A stretch of DNA of 64,000 nucleotides from a candidate division WOR-3 bacterium (GCA_049969615.1 JBMFOM010000001.1:47199-111198); one strand, 5' to 3'; shown: positions 19,475 to 30,114, counted from the stretch's first letter. Numbers and translations are program-made. The notes: a model not told the origin generated them from the letters alone.

Positions 19475-20532
19475 TCAAGAACCTCCTTTTTTGTTTCTTT
19501 CAATACCACCTCAAGAACCACGGCCGCGGCACGAGGTTTTGCGAATCCCCTGATGGCCTGGGCCATAAAGGAAAGCCTCTGGCTATTGCGGAGCAAATCG
19601 CACAGGAGGCGAGGAAGCTCCTCAAGACGGTCCTCAGAAAGGACAACGACACCACCTGTTTTCGCGAGGGCCTCCGCGTTTGCCCTCTGGTGATCGTCGG
19701 CCGCGTGGGGAAACGGAACGAGAATGGCAGGAAGGCCAAAGAAACCGAGCTCCTGCGAGATCCCGCCTCCAGCCCTCGCTATGGCTATGTCGGCCGCGGA
19801 ATACGCGGGTGAGACATTCGGTAGGTAATCAACCAAGAGAAAATTTTCGCCCCTTTCTGGATAATCCCTCCTGAACATGGGGTAATCCCTCTTGCCGGCT
19901 ATGACGAGAAACTGAAGGTCTGGCACAGACGTGGCTATCTCAAGCGCGATGGCCGTGAGGGCCCTGGCGCCCTGAGAACCGCCCATCACGAGGACGAGGG
20001 GCCTCTCATCAAAACCGAGGCTTGCCCGTGCCTCTGGCTTTGGAATCTCCCGGAGGTTCCCGCGGAGCGGATTTCCGGAGACAAAACACCTAGCTCCGGA
20101 CAGGTGAGCCTCTGTCTCAGGGAATGTGGTGAAAACAGCCGCCGCGCCGCGAGCGAAGGCCCGGACAGTTGCCCCAGGTATGACATTCTGCTCCATGAGC
20201 CAATATCTTTTTCTCATTATTCTGGCCGCCAGAAGTATAGGGACGGATGCATATGAACCGAAAGCCACTATGGGTCCGCGCCCAACCAGGCGCAGGCACT
20301 TGATTGTCCCGAAGGCTATCTTTATGCCGGATGTGAGCCTCCTTCCGACCGGAACGCCGGACAGCGGGCCAGAGGGAACCTTGATGCCAGAGATGCCCTC
20401 GGCAATTATTCCCTCCTTGATCTGGCCTAGGAGAAACAGGACAGGGATTCCCCTGGACCGGGCCTCTTCCGCGAGGGCCATCGCTGGGTAGATGTGTCCG
20501 CCGGTCCCACCGGTCGCTATCAGGAGTTCCAC
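19471..20532 (-). CDS. murG: Lipid II GlcNAc transferase MurG
   Basis: GGTGGHIYP, EQN, GNP, GGSQGA and HQRANA. Confidence 0.95.
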   Translation of the reverse strand: MELLIATGGTGGHIYPAMALAEEARSRGIPVLFLLGQIKEGIIAEGISGIKVPSGPLSGVPVGRRLTSGIKIAFGTIKCLRLVGRGPIVAFGSYASVPILLAARIMRKRYWLMEQNVIPGATVRAFARGAAAVFTTFPETEAHLSGARCFVSGNPLRGNLREIPKPEARASLGFDERPLVLVMGGSQGARALTAIALEIATSVPDLQFLVIAGKRDYPMFRRDYPERGENFLLVDYLPNVSPAYSAADIAIARAGGGISQELGFFGLPAILVPFPHAADDHQRANAEALAKTGGVVVLSEDRLEELPRLLCDLLRNSQRLSFMAQAIRGFAKPRAAAVVLEVVLKETKKEVLE

Positions 20533-21644
20533 TGCGATAACCTCCTTGAGAGGTTGAGAAGGACTCCGGCCATCCCAGAATAAAGCACGAGGGAGCTCCC
20601 GCCATAGCTGATGAAAGGCAGGGCAAGGCCAGTCGGCGGCAAAAGCCCCAGAACAACCGACATGTGCGCGAGGCCGTACAAGCCTATAACGCCCGATGCA
20701 CCGAAACCAAGAAGACCCAGGAACCTTTCGCGCTGAATGAGCCTGTTGGCTATCACTATGCCACGGAGGACAATGATCGTGAGGAGTCCAAGGACAGCCA
20801 GGGAACCAACCAGGCCGAGCTCCTCGCCCACGACCGCATAGATGAAATCAGTGTGGGGTTTAGGCAAATAAAGGAACTTTTCCTTGCCCTTTCCGGGGCC
20901 AACCCCAATTAGGCCGCCTTCGGCAAGCCCTATCTTTGCCTGGGTAACCTGATATGCTCCGCCCCGGGTAAAGCTCTCCACGCGTTCCTTCGCGTGCGGG
21001 AAAAACCTGATGCTGGCCGCGAAGACCAGGGCCGCGACAGCGCAGGTAACCATGAGGTGCCCGAGCTTCGCTCCGCCTATAAAAAGCATGAATATACCGA
21101 CGAGCGCGAGGATGGCCGATGTGGAAACAGCGGGTTCCAGGAGGACGAGGCCAACCAGGATGCCTGTGGCCCCGAGCGCGGGCAGAAAACCTGTCCTGAA
21201 GGATTTTATGTCTTTCCTGGCCATGAAACGGGCCAGGAAAACCACGAGGGAAAGTTTTGCCAGGTCAGAGGGCTGAAAGCTGAAACCACCGAACATGAAC
21301 CATCTCCGCGCGCCCAAGGCGGTTTTGCCAAGAAAGAAGAGGGCAACCAGGAGCACGACGGCCAGCCAAAATACCTTTCCGCTGTGGCGCTCCCAGAACT
21401 CAGCCGGAATAGCATACATGAGGATCAGGACCAGGACAGCGACCAGGAGGCGAAGGAGGTGCCTCATGAAAAAGTAGAACTGGGGCAGGTCATTGGCCTG
21501 GGCAAGGTAGGAGGATGAGGTATAGACGATCAAGGCGCCCACAGCAAGCAGAATGAATACCGGTAAAGCTATCCAAAGGTCAAGGCCGGCCTTGGCCTCA
21601 TTTCTGGCTCCGATGGTTCCTGATTCAGATGTCCTTAACGGCAT
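20520..21644 (-). CDS. ftsW: Peptidoglycan polymerase FtsW
   Basis: GARRW, QPSDLAK, LPKPHTDFI, EELG and LPFISYGGSS; start placed at the ATG at 21644. Confidence 0.93.
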   Translation of the reverse strand: MPLRTSESGTIGARNEAKAGLDLWIALPVFILLAVGALIVYTSSSYLAQANDLPQFYFFMRHLLRLLVAVLVLILMYAIPAEFWERHSGKVFWLAVVLLVALFFLGKTALGARRWFMFGGFSFQPSDLAKLSLVVFLARFMARKDIKSFRTGFLPALGATGILVGLVLLEPAVSTSAILALVGIFMLFIGGAKLGHLMVTCAVAALVFAASIRFFPHAKERVESFTRGGAYQVTQAKIGLAEGGLIGVGPGKGKEKFLYLPKPHTDFIYAVVGEELGLVGSLAVLGLLTIIVLRGIVIANRLIQRERFLGLLGFGASGVIGLYGLAHMSVVLGLLPPTGLALPFISYGGSSLVLYSGMAGVLLNLSRRLSQWNS

Positions 21645-22923
21645 TCTGAAAATCCTCCCCTCTTTCTCTGTAGTCCCTATACATATCAAAGCTCGCGCAG
21701 GCCGGTGAAAGGAGAACAACATCCCCGGAGAGCGCCATCCTGAACGCGGCCCTCACCGCGGCCTTCATACCATCGGCGACAAGGACATCAACAAGGTCAG
21801 AAAATGTGTCCCGAACCTTCTGGCGGCACGCCCCAATCGCCACAATGGCCCTTACCTTATCGCGGATGGCCTCGCGCATGCCCGTGAAATCAACCCCTTT
21901 GTCCAGGCCGCCCATTATTAGGACCACGGGCTCATCAAAACCCGATAGCGCGGCCAGGACCGCGTGGGGGTTTGTCCCTTTTGAGTCATCGTAGAATCTG
22001 ACGCCCCGGAGCTCCCTGACGAACTGAACCCTGTGCGGTAGGCCTTTAAACTCGCGGAGAACCCGGCTTATCCTGTCCGGAGAAACGTCGGCGAGACTCG
22101 CACAGAGCGCGGCCGCCAGAGCGTTGGCCGTGTTGTGAACGCCGACAACCAGGAGCTCTGTCCGGCTCATCAGCCTGTTTCCGAAGAGAACCAGGTCATC
22201 CCCGGACAGCCAGGCAGAGGCCTCTTCGCGAAGGCTGAAGTAGTGGACATTTGACCGGGCGTTCTTTGCAAGGGGCCTGACCAAGGGGTCATCCGCGTTG
22301 AGTACCAGGTAATCGCTTTCATCCTGATTGGCGAATATCCTCGCCTTTGCCGAGCGATAATCCTGAAGCGAAGGATGCCAATCCAGGTGATCCACATCAA
22401 TGTTGAGGATCGCGGCCACCCGTGGTTTGAAAGCGTCGGATTGCGCGAGCTGGAAAGACGAGCACTCAACCGCGAAGTTCCCACAGGAGGGTGCGAGCGC
22501 CGAGAGCGGGAGGCCGACATTGCCGGACGCGGGAACACCGAGCATCTCTGCTACCATTTTGGTCACCGTGCTTTTGCCGTTTGTCCCGGTTATGGCCACG
22601 ACGGTGCCGGATATGTTTCTCCAGGCCAGTTCAAGCTCCCCCATCACGGGAATACCGATGTCCCCCGCCCTGCGGACGAGCCAGTTTGAAGGCGGAACGC
22701 CGGGGCTGAGAACCAGAAGGTCAGCCATGAGCGCGCGGAGGGTGTGTCCGCCATGCTCGTGCTCCCTGACCCGTGCGAGCGCGCCCGGCAACAGGGCTGA
22801 CCTATCGGTGAGGAATATCCTTGCCCCAAGCCTGGAAAGGAGGCCGGCCGCGGCAAGGCCAGCGGTCCCGCCGCCGACAACCGTGGCCCTCAGTGTCCCC
22901 CAGCTCTTCCAGAACCCACTCAT
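21625..22923 (-). CDS. murD: UDP-N-acetylmuramoyl-L-alanine--D-glutamate ligase
   Basis: SPG, GTNGKST, SSFQL, DHLD, DDSKGTN and SPACASFD. Confidence 0.95.
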   Translation of the reverse strand: MSGFWKSWGTLRATVVGGGTAGLAAAGLLSRLGARIFLTDRSALLPGALARVREHEHGGHTLRALMADLLVLSPGVPPSNWLVRRAGDIGIPVMGELELAWRNISGTVVAITGTNGKSTVTKMVAEMLGVPASGNVGLPLSALAPSCGNFAVECSSFQLAQSDAFKPRVAAILNIDVDHLDWHPSLQDYRSAKARIFANQDESDYLVLNADDPLVRPLAKNARSNVHYFSLREEASAWLSGDDLVLFGNRLMSRTELLVVGVHNTANALAAALCASLADVSPDRISRVLREFKGLPHRVQFVRELRGVRFYDDSKGTNPHAVLAALSGFDEPVVLIMGGLDKGVDFTGMREAIRDKVRAIVAIGACRQKVRDTFSDLVDVLVADGMKAAVRAAFRMALSGDVVLLSPACASFDMYRDYRERGEDFQNAVKDI

Positions 22924-22984
22924 CCGGCACCTCCGAAAGCGACCCCAGGGACAGGGGCAAAAGGCGATCTCTCAGCGGACTTGT

Positions 22985-24055
22985 TCATCTTATCTTAAGG
23001 GTTGAAAGGGCCAGGAGCGCGAAGAGGATTGATATTATCCAGAACCTGATCACTATGGTGGATTCGTGCCAGCCCTTGCGTTCATAGTGGTGGTGGATGG
23101 GAGCGCAGAGCCAAACGCGCTTGCCGCGGGTGAGCTTGAAGTATCCGACCTGAATGAGGACCGACATGGCCTCAATCATAAAAAGCCCGCCGGCGATCAC
23201 CATGACTATCTCGTGCTTGGTGAGTATGGCTATTATTGCCATAGCGGCCCCGAGGGCCTGGCTTCCGGTGTCACCCATAAAAACCTTTGCCGGGTGCGCG
23301 TTGAACCAGAGAAAACCCAACAGGGCACCGAGGACACCGCCTGATATAACGGCGAGCTCGCCAGCGCTCGGTATGTAGAGTATTGCGAGATAAGAGGAAA
23401 TCTTTATGTGGCCAGCCGCATAGGCTATCGCGGCGAGAGCGCCAAAAACCGGGATGGCCGCACCGGCCGCCAGGCCATCAAGGCCATCCGTCAGGTTGAC
23501 CGCGTTGGTCGTCCAGACGAAGAGTATCATGGCAAAAAGCGCATAGAAATAGCCTATGTTCAGCAAAAGATTTTTGGCAAAGGGCATCTGAACCAGAAAA
23601 GCACCATTGGGATAAGCCCACGCTAGGCCGAGCATGACCAGAACGCTCAGGACAAACTGTAAAAGCAGTTTCCACCACTTGCCCATGCCTTTCTTCTTCT
23701 GGCCCCTGCGCTTGATTATGTCATCCGCCAGACCAACAAGCCCCATGTAGAGCACGGCAAAGAGCGCTATGCCAACCAGGGCCACGGGCCTCGCCCAGAG
23801 CAGGGAAGCCACCAGAATGCCTATGAGCATCACTATGCCGCCTGAAGAGGGTGTCCCTTCCTTGTGGATGTGATTGCCGGGAACATCCTCGGATATGCGC
23901 TCAGGCAGGGAGAACCTCTTTATGAAGGCGGGCATAAGCAGAAAAACAAGGGCACCGGAGGTGAGCGCGGACATGGCGGCTCGGAATGTTATATAATAGA
24001 AGAGATTGAACGGGGTGAAGTGGGGGGTCAATGGGTAAAAAATCTCATAGAGCAT
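22985..24055 (-). CDS. mraY: Phospho-N-acetylmuramoyl-pentapeptide transferase
   Basis: [24 protein letters not shown] and APIHHH. Confidence 0.97.
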   Translation of the reverse strand: MLYEIFYPLTPHFTPFNLFYYITFRAAMSALTSGALVFLLMPAFIKRFSLPERISEDVPGNHIHKEGTPSSGGIVMLIGILVASLLWARPVALVGIALFAVLYMGLVGLADDIIKRRGQKKKGMGKWWKLLLQFVLSVLVMLGLAWAYPNGAFLVQMPFAKNLLLNIGYFYALFAMILFVWTTNAVNLTDGLDGLAAGAAIPVFGALAAIAYAAGHIKISSYLAILYIPSAGELAVISGGVLGALLGFLWFNAHPAKVFMGDTGSQALGAAMAIIAILTKHEIVMVIAGGLFMIEAMSVLIQVGYFKLTRGKRVWLCAPIHHHYERKGWHESTIVIRFWIISILFALLALSTLKIR

Positions 24056-25340
24056 CTCTCAAAACCTCCAGTATTTTCTCAAGTCCAACGAGCCTTGAAC
24101 CCTTCAGCACCAGGATGTCGCCTGGCTTTAGAGTCTTCAAGAGGTGTTCCGCGGCCTCATATGGCCCTGGGAACCACAGGCCCCCGGAGGCCTCGGCCGT
24201 TGCTTTTGCCTCAGATCCGACGCAGATTATCGCTTTAAATCCCCTCCCTCCGGCAAACTCCCCAAGCTCGCGGTGCAGGGCAGGAGAGCTCTCGCCGAGC
24301 TCAAGCATCTCTCCCAGAACCAGGATAGTTCTCTCCGGAGCAGGCAGGGAGGCAACCAGGGCCTCTGCCGAATCCGGATTTGAATTGTAGGCGTCGTTTA
24401 TCACATCTATTTCGCCTATCCTTTCAATTCTCATGCGCATTCCTGTGGGCGTGTATGAGGCGAGGGCAGAACGGGCCGCGTCCGGATCAACCCCTAGTTC
24501 AAAGGCAACGGCCAGCGCGCAGGCCGCGTCGTGAGCGTATCCGGGATGGGGAACCGGAACACGGAATTCGTGGCCCAGGAAGGAGAAAGAGACCCCGTTC
24601 CCCTCCAGGCGGACATCCCTCGCGGAGAAACGGATCACCCGGACATCCGGCCTCAGGGTCGAGAGGAATATTTCCTCATGAAGGAGACCCTCTGGCAGGA
24701 ACGCCAGGCCGCCCCTCTCAAGGCCTGAGAGGAGGGCAGACTTCTCCACTGCAACGCCGCGGGTGTCTCCAAAGGCCTCCAGGTGGCTTCTTCCTACGGC
24801 AGTTATCACGGCTATGTGGGGCCTGGCGAGGCCGGCAAGGGCCTTTATCTCTCCGGGGTGATTGGTCCCTATTTCAAGCACGAGGAAATCATCGTCATCA
24901 GAAGCCAGAATGGAGAGGGGAACCCCTATGTTGTTATTGAAGCTCCTGGGGCTTGCCGAAACCGAGAAACGGGCCGAAAGGATGAGGGAGAGCATGTCCT
25001 TTACAGCGGTCTTGCCAAATGAACCGGTTACGGCTATCACGCGGGAACCGAGCCGATTCCTGTGGAAGAAAGCGAGCCGGCTCAGGGCGGAAAGGGTCTC
25101 CTCAACGACTATGACGGGCCGGTCTTCTCCCTTAAAATATATGGGGACAACCGCGGCGGCCGCGCCCCGTGCGAAAGCGTCCGGAACGAACTCAACCCCA
25201 TCCCTGGTGCCTCGGAGGGCAAAGAAGAGGTCGCCCCTCCGGACGGTCCGGCTATCAGCCGAAACGCCAGTAACAATGGCATCCGGGCCCCTGAGCTCGC
25301 CCATGAGGGCCTTCTCAATCTCAGCCAGCCTGTATCTCAT
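24045..25340 (-). CDS. murF: UDP-MurNAc-tripeptide--D-Ala-D-Ala ligase
   Basis: TGSFGKT, NNNIGVP, NDAYNSNP, GEMLELG and KGSR. Confidence 0.95.
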   Translation of the reverse strand: MRYRLAEIEKALMGELRGPDAIVTGVSADSRTVRRGDLFFALRGTRDGVEFVPDAFARGAAAAVVPIYFKGEDRPVIVVEETLSALSRLAFFHRNRLGSRVIAVTGSFGKTAVKDMLSLILSARFSVSASPRSFNNNIGVPLSILASDDDDFLVLEIGTNHPGEIKALAGLARPHIAVITAVGRSHLEAFGDTRGVAVEKSALLSGLERGGLAFLPEGLLHEEIFLSTLRPDVRVIRFSARDVRLEGNGVSFSFLGHEFRVPVPHPGYAHDAACALAVAFELGVDPDAARSALASYTPTGMRMRIERIGEIDVINDAYNSNPDSAEALVASLPAPERTILVLGEMLELGESSPALHRELGEFAGGRGFKAIICVGSEAKATAEASGGLWFPGPYEAAEHLLKTLKPGDILVLKGSRLVGLEKILEVLRDAL

Positions 25341-26760
25341 TCAGAACCTCATCGGCCACTACCCTATCAGAGAAAGGCACCCGCGTGCCCTTTATTTCCA
25401 TGTAATCCTCATGCCCTTTTCCAGCTATGAGGAGGACATCTCCGGGCGCTAGCCCGGATATGGCCTTCCTGATGGCCTCGCGCCGGTCCAGCACAACCAG
25501 AGGCGAGGTCTCCATGCCAGAGAGTATCTCGCGGATTATGTCCGCTGGCTCCTCGTCCCTGGGATTATCTGTTGTGAGAACCACGATGTCCGCCTCCTGC
25601 TCCGCGACCCTGCCCATGAGGGGGCGTTTTCCCCTGTCCCTGTTGCCCCCGCAACCGAAAACCAAATGGAGCCTCCCGCGGGTAAGGAGCCTGGCGGCCT
25701 TCAGGGCACGGGAAAGCGCCTCCGGGGTGTGAGCGTAGTCAACTATAACGAGAAAATCCCTCGTTTTGCCGACCTTTTCAAAACGGCCGGGTGGGCCCTT
25801 TGCTGTCCTGAGGGCTGAGGCGACATCCGAGAGCTCAAAACCGAGGCCAACGAGAACCGCGGTCGCGGCCCCCGCGTTGGCCGCGTTGTGCAGGCCGACT
25901 AGGGGAAGGTGAGTCCTGGCGAGCTGGCCAGCTGTCTCAATCTCAAGCGCGAGCCCGGCAGTGTCCGAGCTCAGGACCCTGACCATGAGCTCACCCTTGC
26001 CATTCAAGCTAAAAAGAATAACCCTGGCCACGGTTTCCTCAATGAACCTGTGCGCCCAGGCGTCATCCGCGTTGACGGCCGCGACGGCTGTAGGTGGAAG
26101 CATCCTGAAGAACTCAAGCTTTGCCTCAGCATAGGCCTCCTGGGTGCCGTGGTAATCCAGGTGATCCCGGCCCAGGTTGGTGAAAACGCCAGCGGAGAAC
26201 TCAAGGCCAAGTATCCTCCTCTCCGCTACCCCGTGTGAGGAAACCTCCATGACTCCAAACCCCGCTCCCTCTTCTATGGCCCTAGCGAGGAGCCTCTGTA
26301 TGTCAGGGGATTCTGGAGTCGTCCTCTCTGCTGGCCAGGATGATCTCGGGGTTGAATACTGAACAGTGGTCAGGAGGGCCGCCTGGTGGCCCATGGCGCG
26401 GAGAGCCGAGTGGACTATGAAGGCAGTGGTTGATTTTCCGGCTGTTCCGGTTATGCCTATGAGCCTCATTCGTCCGGAGGGATGGCCGAAGAACCTGTCA
26501 GAGAGAGTGGCCATGGCCTCGCGGGTATCAGGAGCAACAATCCGGGGAAGACGAGAATCAACCGGCTTGGCGGTCAGAAGGGCCGCGGCTCCGGCGCGCT
26601 CCGCGTCCGGGATAAAGTCATGCCCATCCGTGTTCCTGCCGACCAAAGCGCAATAGAGCGAACCGGGGATCACGTTCCTGGAATCACAGGTTATGTCAGT
26701 TATCTCCGGGTTATCAGTCCCTTTGATAACGAATCCCTCTGCCAGCTCGCTTAGCCTCAT
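25321..26760 (-). CDS. murE: UDP-MurNAc-dipeptide--diaminopimelate ligase
   Basis: TTPES, MEVSSH, DHLDYH, DYAHTP, DNPR (mDAP-type) and GKGHE. Confidence 0.96.
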   Translation of the reverse strand: MRLSELAEGFVIKGTDNPEITDITCDSRNVIPGSLYCALVGRNTDGHDFIPDAERAGAAALLTAKPVDSRLPRIVAPDTREAMATLSDRFFGHPSGRMRLIGITGTAGKSTTAFIVHSALRAMGHQAALLTTVQYSTPRSSWPAERTTPESPDIQRLLARAIEEGAGFGVMEVSSHGVAERRILGLEFSAGVFTNLGRDHLDYHGTQEAYAEAKLEFFRMLPPTAVAAVNADDAWAHRFIEETVARVILFSLNGKGELMVRVLSSDTAGLALEIETAGQLARTHLPLVGLHNAANAGAATAVLVGLGFELSDVASALRTAKGPPGRFEKVGKTRDFLVIVDYAHTPEALSRALKAARLLTRGRLHLVFGCGGNRDRGKRPLMGRVAEQEADIVVLTTDNPRDEEPADIIREILSGMETSPLVVLDRREAIRKAISGLAPGDVLLIAGKGHEDYMEIKGTRVPFSDRVVADEVLNEIQAG

Positions 26761-28361
26761 TTTCCTCCCATGGCCAAAAGGCCGTAGTCCCTGTTTATCA
26801 AGAAAAGGGCTATTTTCCTGAAACACGGTGCCGCGACATCCCCGCCATAGTGGGCGTTCTTCGGCTCATCAACAACGACATATATCAGGTATTTTGGGGA
26901 ATACGCCGGGAAAAACCCCACGAAGGAGGCTATGACCCTGGTCTGGCTGTAGCCGCCGGAAACCGTGTCCGGCTTCTGCGCGGTGCCGGTTTTGCCCGCT
27001 ATCATCAGGCCGTCTATCATCGCTTTTCTGCCCGTTCCCTCCTTCACCACGGCTATCATCAATCCAATAAGGGTATCTGCTATGTCCGGCGAGAGAACCC
27101 TCCGGATGAGAATCCTCTGAGGGAACTCCCTGAACTCCTCGCCCGAGACCATCCTCTTTATGAGCCTAGGCGCGAGGAGCTCCCCTCGGTTGGCTATCGC
27201 ACAGAAGGCCATCGCCATGCCTATTCCGTTGATCATTATGCCCTGACCCATGCCCGCGTTCGCGGTTCTTATCTTCCGCCATCTGGAGGGCTTCTCGGGC
27301 CTCTTTGACCATTCTCCGGGAAGACAAATCCCCGTTGGCGTGAAAAACCCGAATCTCATGAGAACCTCGTATATTTTTTCCGGGCCGAGCTGGAGGCCAA
27401 GATAAGCCATGCTCCTGTTGGAGGAGTGAACGAGCGCGTCGCGCCAGGTGAGACCACCGGGAAACTGCTCAACATCCCCGATGAGGTGCTTTCCGACCTG
27501 GAGCTTTCCCCGGCCAATGGGGACGGAATCCGAGAGGTTAATGAGGCCGAGCTCAAGCGCCTTTGCCACGATAAACGGCTTCAGGGTTGAACCGGGCTCA
27601 AAGGGATCGGTTAGCGCGTATATCCTGTCTGAGGGCGGATACTGTGTAAGGGCGAGGATCTCTCCGGTCTGAGGGTCAACCGCTATGACGAATCCCTTGT
27701 CCGCGCCGGTCTGCTCAACTGTTTGTTTTATTGCTGAGTAAGCGAAATCCTCAAGGTCAGAATCTATGGTCAAATAAACATCATAGCCGGGCTCCGGAAG
27801 CCTCTTCTCCGCGTCGGGAAATGCTATGAGTTCGCCATCAGCGGTTCTCAGAAACATCTCGTAGCCGGGCTTGCCGGATAGGTAATCCTCCAGAACCATC
27901 TCCGCGCCGGAAAGCCCAACGCTATCATAGCCGACCTTTCCCACTATGCCCCTGGTGGCTTCACCCAGGGGACAAAAGCGCAGGCTACCTGGCCTGAGGA
28001 AGATGCCGCTCACATCGGAGAGCTTCTCCGCGTCCTCTGGCGAAAGGCCCCTTGCCAGCAGGACAGCCTTCTTGTCCCCCATGGAAACGGGCGAAACGCC
28101 GAGCCTGACGAGGGCACGCTTTGGATCCGAGACGGGGCCTGACTGGTAGAGGTTGAAACCCAGGCTGTTGCCGGCGAGAAGCGCGCCGCGCCTGTCATAT
28201 ATTATGCCCCTCTCGCCGGGGAGCTCCACCCGGGCCAGGTACTGCCTCTTGCCCTGCTCCTTATATTTACTGGCGCCCAGCCACTGGAGCCATGCCAAGC
28301 GCAAGGCTATCGCGGCTACCCAGAGAAGGAGCAGGATGACCAGCGTTCTTGTCCTCGTCAA
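26757..28361 (-). CDS. ftsI: Penicillin-binding protein 3 (class B transpeptidase)
   Basis: RGIIYDRRG, EPGSTLK (SxxK), SSN and KTGTAQ. Confidence 0.93.
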   Translation of the reverse strand: MTRTRTLVILLLLWVAAIALRLAWLQWLGASKYKEQGKRQYLARVELPGERGIIYDRRGALLAGNSLGFNLYQSGPVSDPKRALVRLGVSPVSMGDKKAVLLARGLSPEDAEKLSDVSGIFLRPGSLRFCPLGEATRGIVGKVGYDSVGLSGAEMVLEDYLSGKPGYEMFLRTADGELIAFPDAEKRLPEPGYDVYLTIDSDLEDFAYSAIKQTVEQTGADKGFVIAVDPQTGEILALTQYPPSDRIYALTDPFEPGSTLKPFIVAKALELGLINLSDSVPIGRGKLQVGKHLIGDVEQFPGGLTWRDALVHSSNRSMAYLGLQLGPEKIYEVLMRFGFFTPTGICLPGEWSKRPEKPSRWRKIRTANAGMGQGIMINGIGMAMAFCAIANRGELLAPRLIKRMVSGEEFREFPQRILIRRVLSPDIADTLIGLMIAVVKEGTGRKAMIDGLMIAGKTGTAQKPDTVSGGYSQTRVIASFVGFFPAYSPKYLIYVVVDEPKNAHYGGDVAAPCFRKIALFLINRDYGLLAMGGK

Positions 28362-28599
28362 TCGCCATAACCTCCGGATATCTCATTCCTATGCTTTTCG
28401 CCCTCTGTTCTATGACCAGGAGCCTCTCCTCCTCAGCCAGGCGCGACCTCGCCAGGTTATACTCACGCCTGGCGGACGCGAGCCGGGATTTCATCTCCGC
28501 GAGGGCCCGGGCCTCTGAGTAAACCGTGCTGTTAGCCCATGCCAAAGGGAACAGAAGGGCAAACAAGAGAAAGAATGCCAAAAGAGACCTCTTCATCAA
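28267..28599 (-). CDS. ftsL: Cell division protein FtsL-like
   Basis: TM helix + coiled coil + IEQRAKSIGM; located between rsmH and ftsI. Confidence 0.7.
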   Translation of the reverse strand: MMKRSLLAFFLLFALLFPLAWANSTVYSEARALAEMKSRLASARREYNLARSRLAEEERLLVIEQRAKSIGMRYPEVMAIDEDKNAGHPAPSLGSRDSLALGMAPVAGRQ

Positions 28600-29452
28600 T
28601 CTCTCCTTTTTTCGCTATGCCGCGAAGTTTCGCTGAGCGAGACCTCGGATTCTCCGCCCTCTCCCGCTGGGAGGGGCAGATTGGTTTTCGGGTCATGGGT
28701 TCGGCTCCGGGTAGCCTTCCGGCGAACTTGACCAGCCTATCCTCTATGGAGTGATAGGATATGACCGCGAGCCTGCCGCCCAAACGGAGACAGGACAAGC
28801 CGCTGATCAGACCGCGCAGGAGCGCGCCCGGCTCATCGTTGACGAACATGCGGAGGGCCTGGAACACCCTGTGAAGGGCCTTTCCCCTTCGGCCGGGCGG
28901 AAGGGCCTTTTCCACGCAGGAAACCAGGTCCCCGACCGTCCAGAGGGGCCTTGAGGAGACGATTCGCCTGGCTATTGAGGCCGAGGCTGGCTCCTCGCCG
29001 TAGGCCCGCAGGAGCTCGGCTATCCGGTTCGCCGGCAGGGAATTCAGGAGCTCGCTTGCTGGGATGCCCTCGGTCGGATCGTAGCGCATGTCCAGGGGTT
29101 CATCCAAGCGCTTGAACGAGAAGCCGAGGCCAGACCCCTCAAGGAGAAAAGAGGACAGGCCCAGGTCAAGAAAAATCTCCTGTGGCTGAGGGAACATCCC
29201 TTCGGCGAGGATCTCCTTTATCATCCTGAAATCACCCTGCATGACCCTTATGCCGGCCATAGCGAGGCTTGGCCCAGCAACCCGGATGGTGGAGGGGTTT
29301 CTCTCTATGCCAAGAACGAGGCCGCCCGGACCAACAGCCTCAAGGAACCTGAGCGCGTGGCCGCCGAAACCGAGTGTCCCGTCAACCACGAGATCCCCGG
29401 GCTGGGGCTCAAGAAGCGCGAGGACTTCCTCCACCATGACCGGCCGATGCAT
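28532..29452 (-). CDS. rsmH: 16S rRNA (C1402-N4) methyltransferase
   Basis: HRPVM, DGTLGFGGH, DLGLSS, LDMR, FQALR, SYHSIEDR and NPRSRSAKLR. Confidence 0.96.
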   Translation of the reverse strand: MHRPVMVEEVLALLEPQPGDLVVDGTLGFGGHALRFLEAVGPGGLVLGIERNPSTIRVAGPSLAMAGIRVMQGDFRMIKEILAEGMFPQPQEIFLDLGLSSFLLEGSGLGFSFKRLDEPLDMRYDPTEGIPASELLNSLPANRIAELLRAYGEEPASASIARRIVSSRPLWTVGDLVSCVEKALPPGRRGKALHRVFQALRMFVNDEPGALLRGLISGLSCLRLGGRLAVISYHSIEDRLVKFAGRLPGAEPMTRKPICPSQRERAENPRSRSAKLRGIAKKGEIDEEVSFGILSLVCPSVPFGMG

Positions 29453-29907
29453 CAGAGCCTCAGCCCTTCTGGCAGATCCACATTCTCCGAGTATTCCTGA
29501 TATTTCTCCGGCGACCATATCTCAAATCCTCTTGGCAGTTTAATGAAGAGCGCCTTGTCCTTTATGCCAGCGTGTTCCGCGAGGTGGCCGGGTATGACGA
29601 CTCTGCCCGCGGAATCAACATCAACCGTCTCAGCAAAACCCTGAATGAGCCTGGCCGCGGCCCTGCCCGGCCCAGGCCTGGAATCAATGTCCCTGAGCTG
29701 CTCCTCAAGCTTCTCCCACTCCGGCTCCGGATAAACCACAATGCAGGGTTCACCAAGGTGGGTCATCACCAGCCTACGAGATGGCCTCGCCATGGCCCTC
29801 TTCACCACCCTCATGAGGTGGTCCCTGACGCCACCGGGGATGACCACTCGGCCCTTGGGATCCACGGCCGCAAGGGCGTTATTCCTGTTCTTAGGCGTCT
29901 TAGCCAC
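29452..29907 (-). CDS. mraZ: Transcriptional regulator MraZ
   Basis: Two AbrB-like DxxGR repeats (DPKGR, DSAGR) and FEIWS; probable GTG start at 29907. Confidence 0.88.
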   Translation of the reverse strand: MAKTPKNRNNALAAVDPKGRVVIPGGVRDHLMRVVKRAMARPSRRLVMTHLGEPCIVVYPEPEWEKLEEQLRDIDSRPGPGRAAARLIQGFAETVDVDSAGRVVIPGHLAEHAGIKDKALFIKLPRGFEIWSPEKYQEYSENVDLPEGLRL

Positions 29908-29926
29908 CTTATGCCACCTTATGCCA
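29903..29926 (-). promoter_or_regulatory. Putative MraZ operator (10-bp-period GTGG repeats)
   Basis: Minus strand reads TGGCATAAG GTGGCATAAG GTGGC directly at the mraZ start. Confidence 0.65.
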
Positions 29927-30114
29927 GACACAAAGTATATAGCATTGTCAAGCCTCAATCCGAATAATCGCTTTCCCTTTAATTATGCGGCTTTCAGCAA
30001 TTATCAGGCTAAGTCTGCTCTACAAAAGGACTTAGCGGATAAGTTATTGACAATAAAGGACTTATGGGATCGGGTTCGGCCAGGATCGGGCCAAAGGCCA
30101 ATCCGGGCCGCGAA

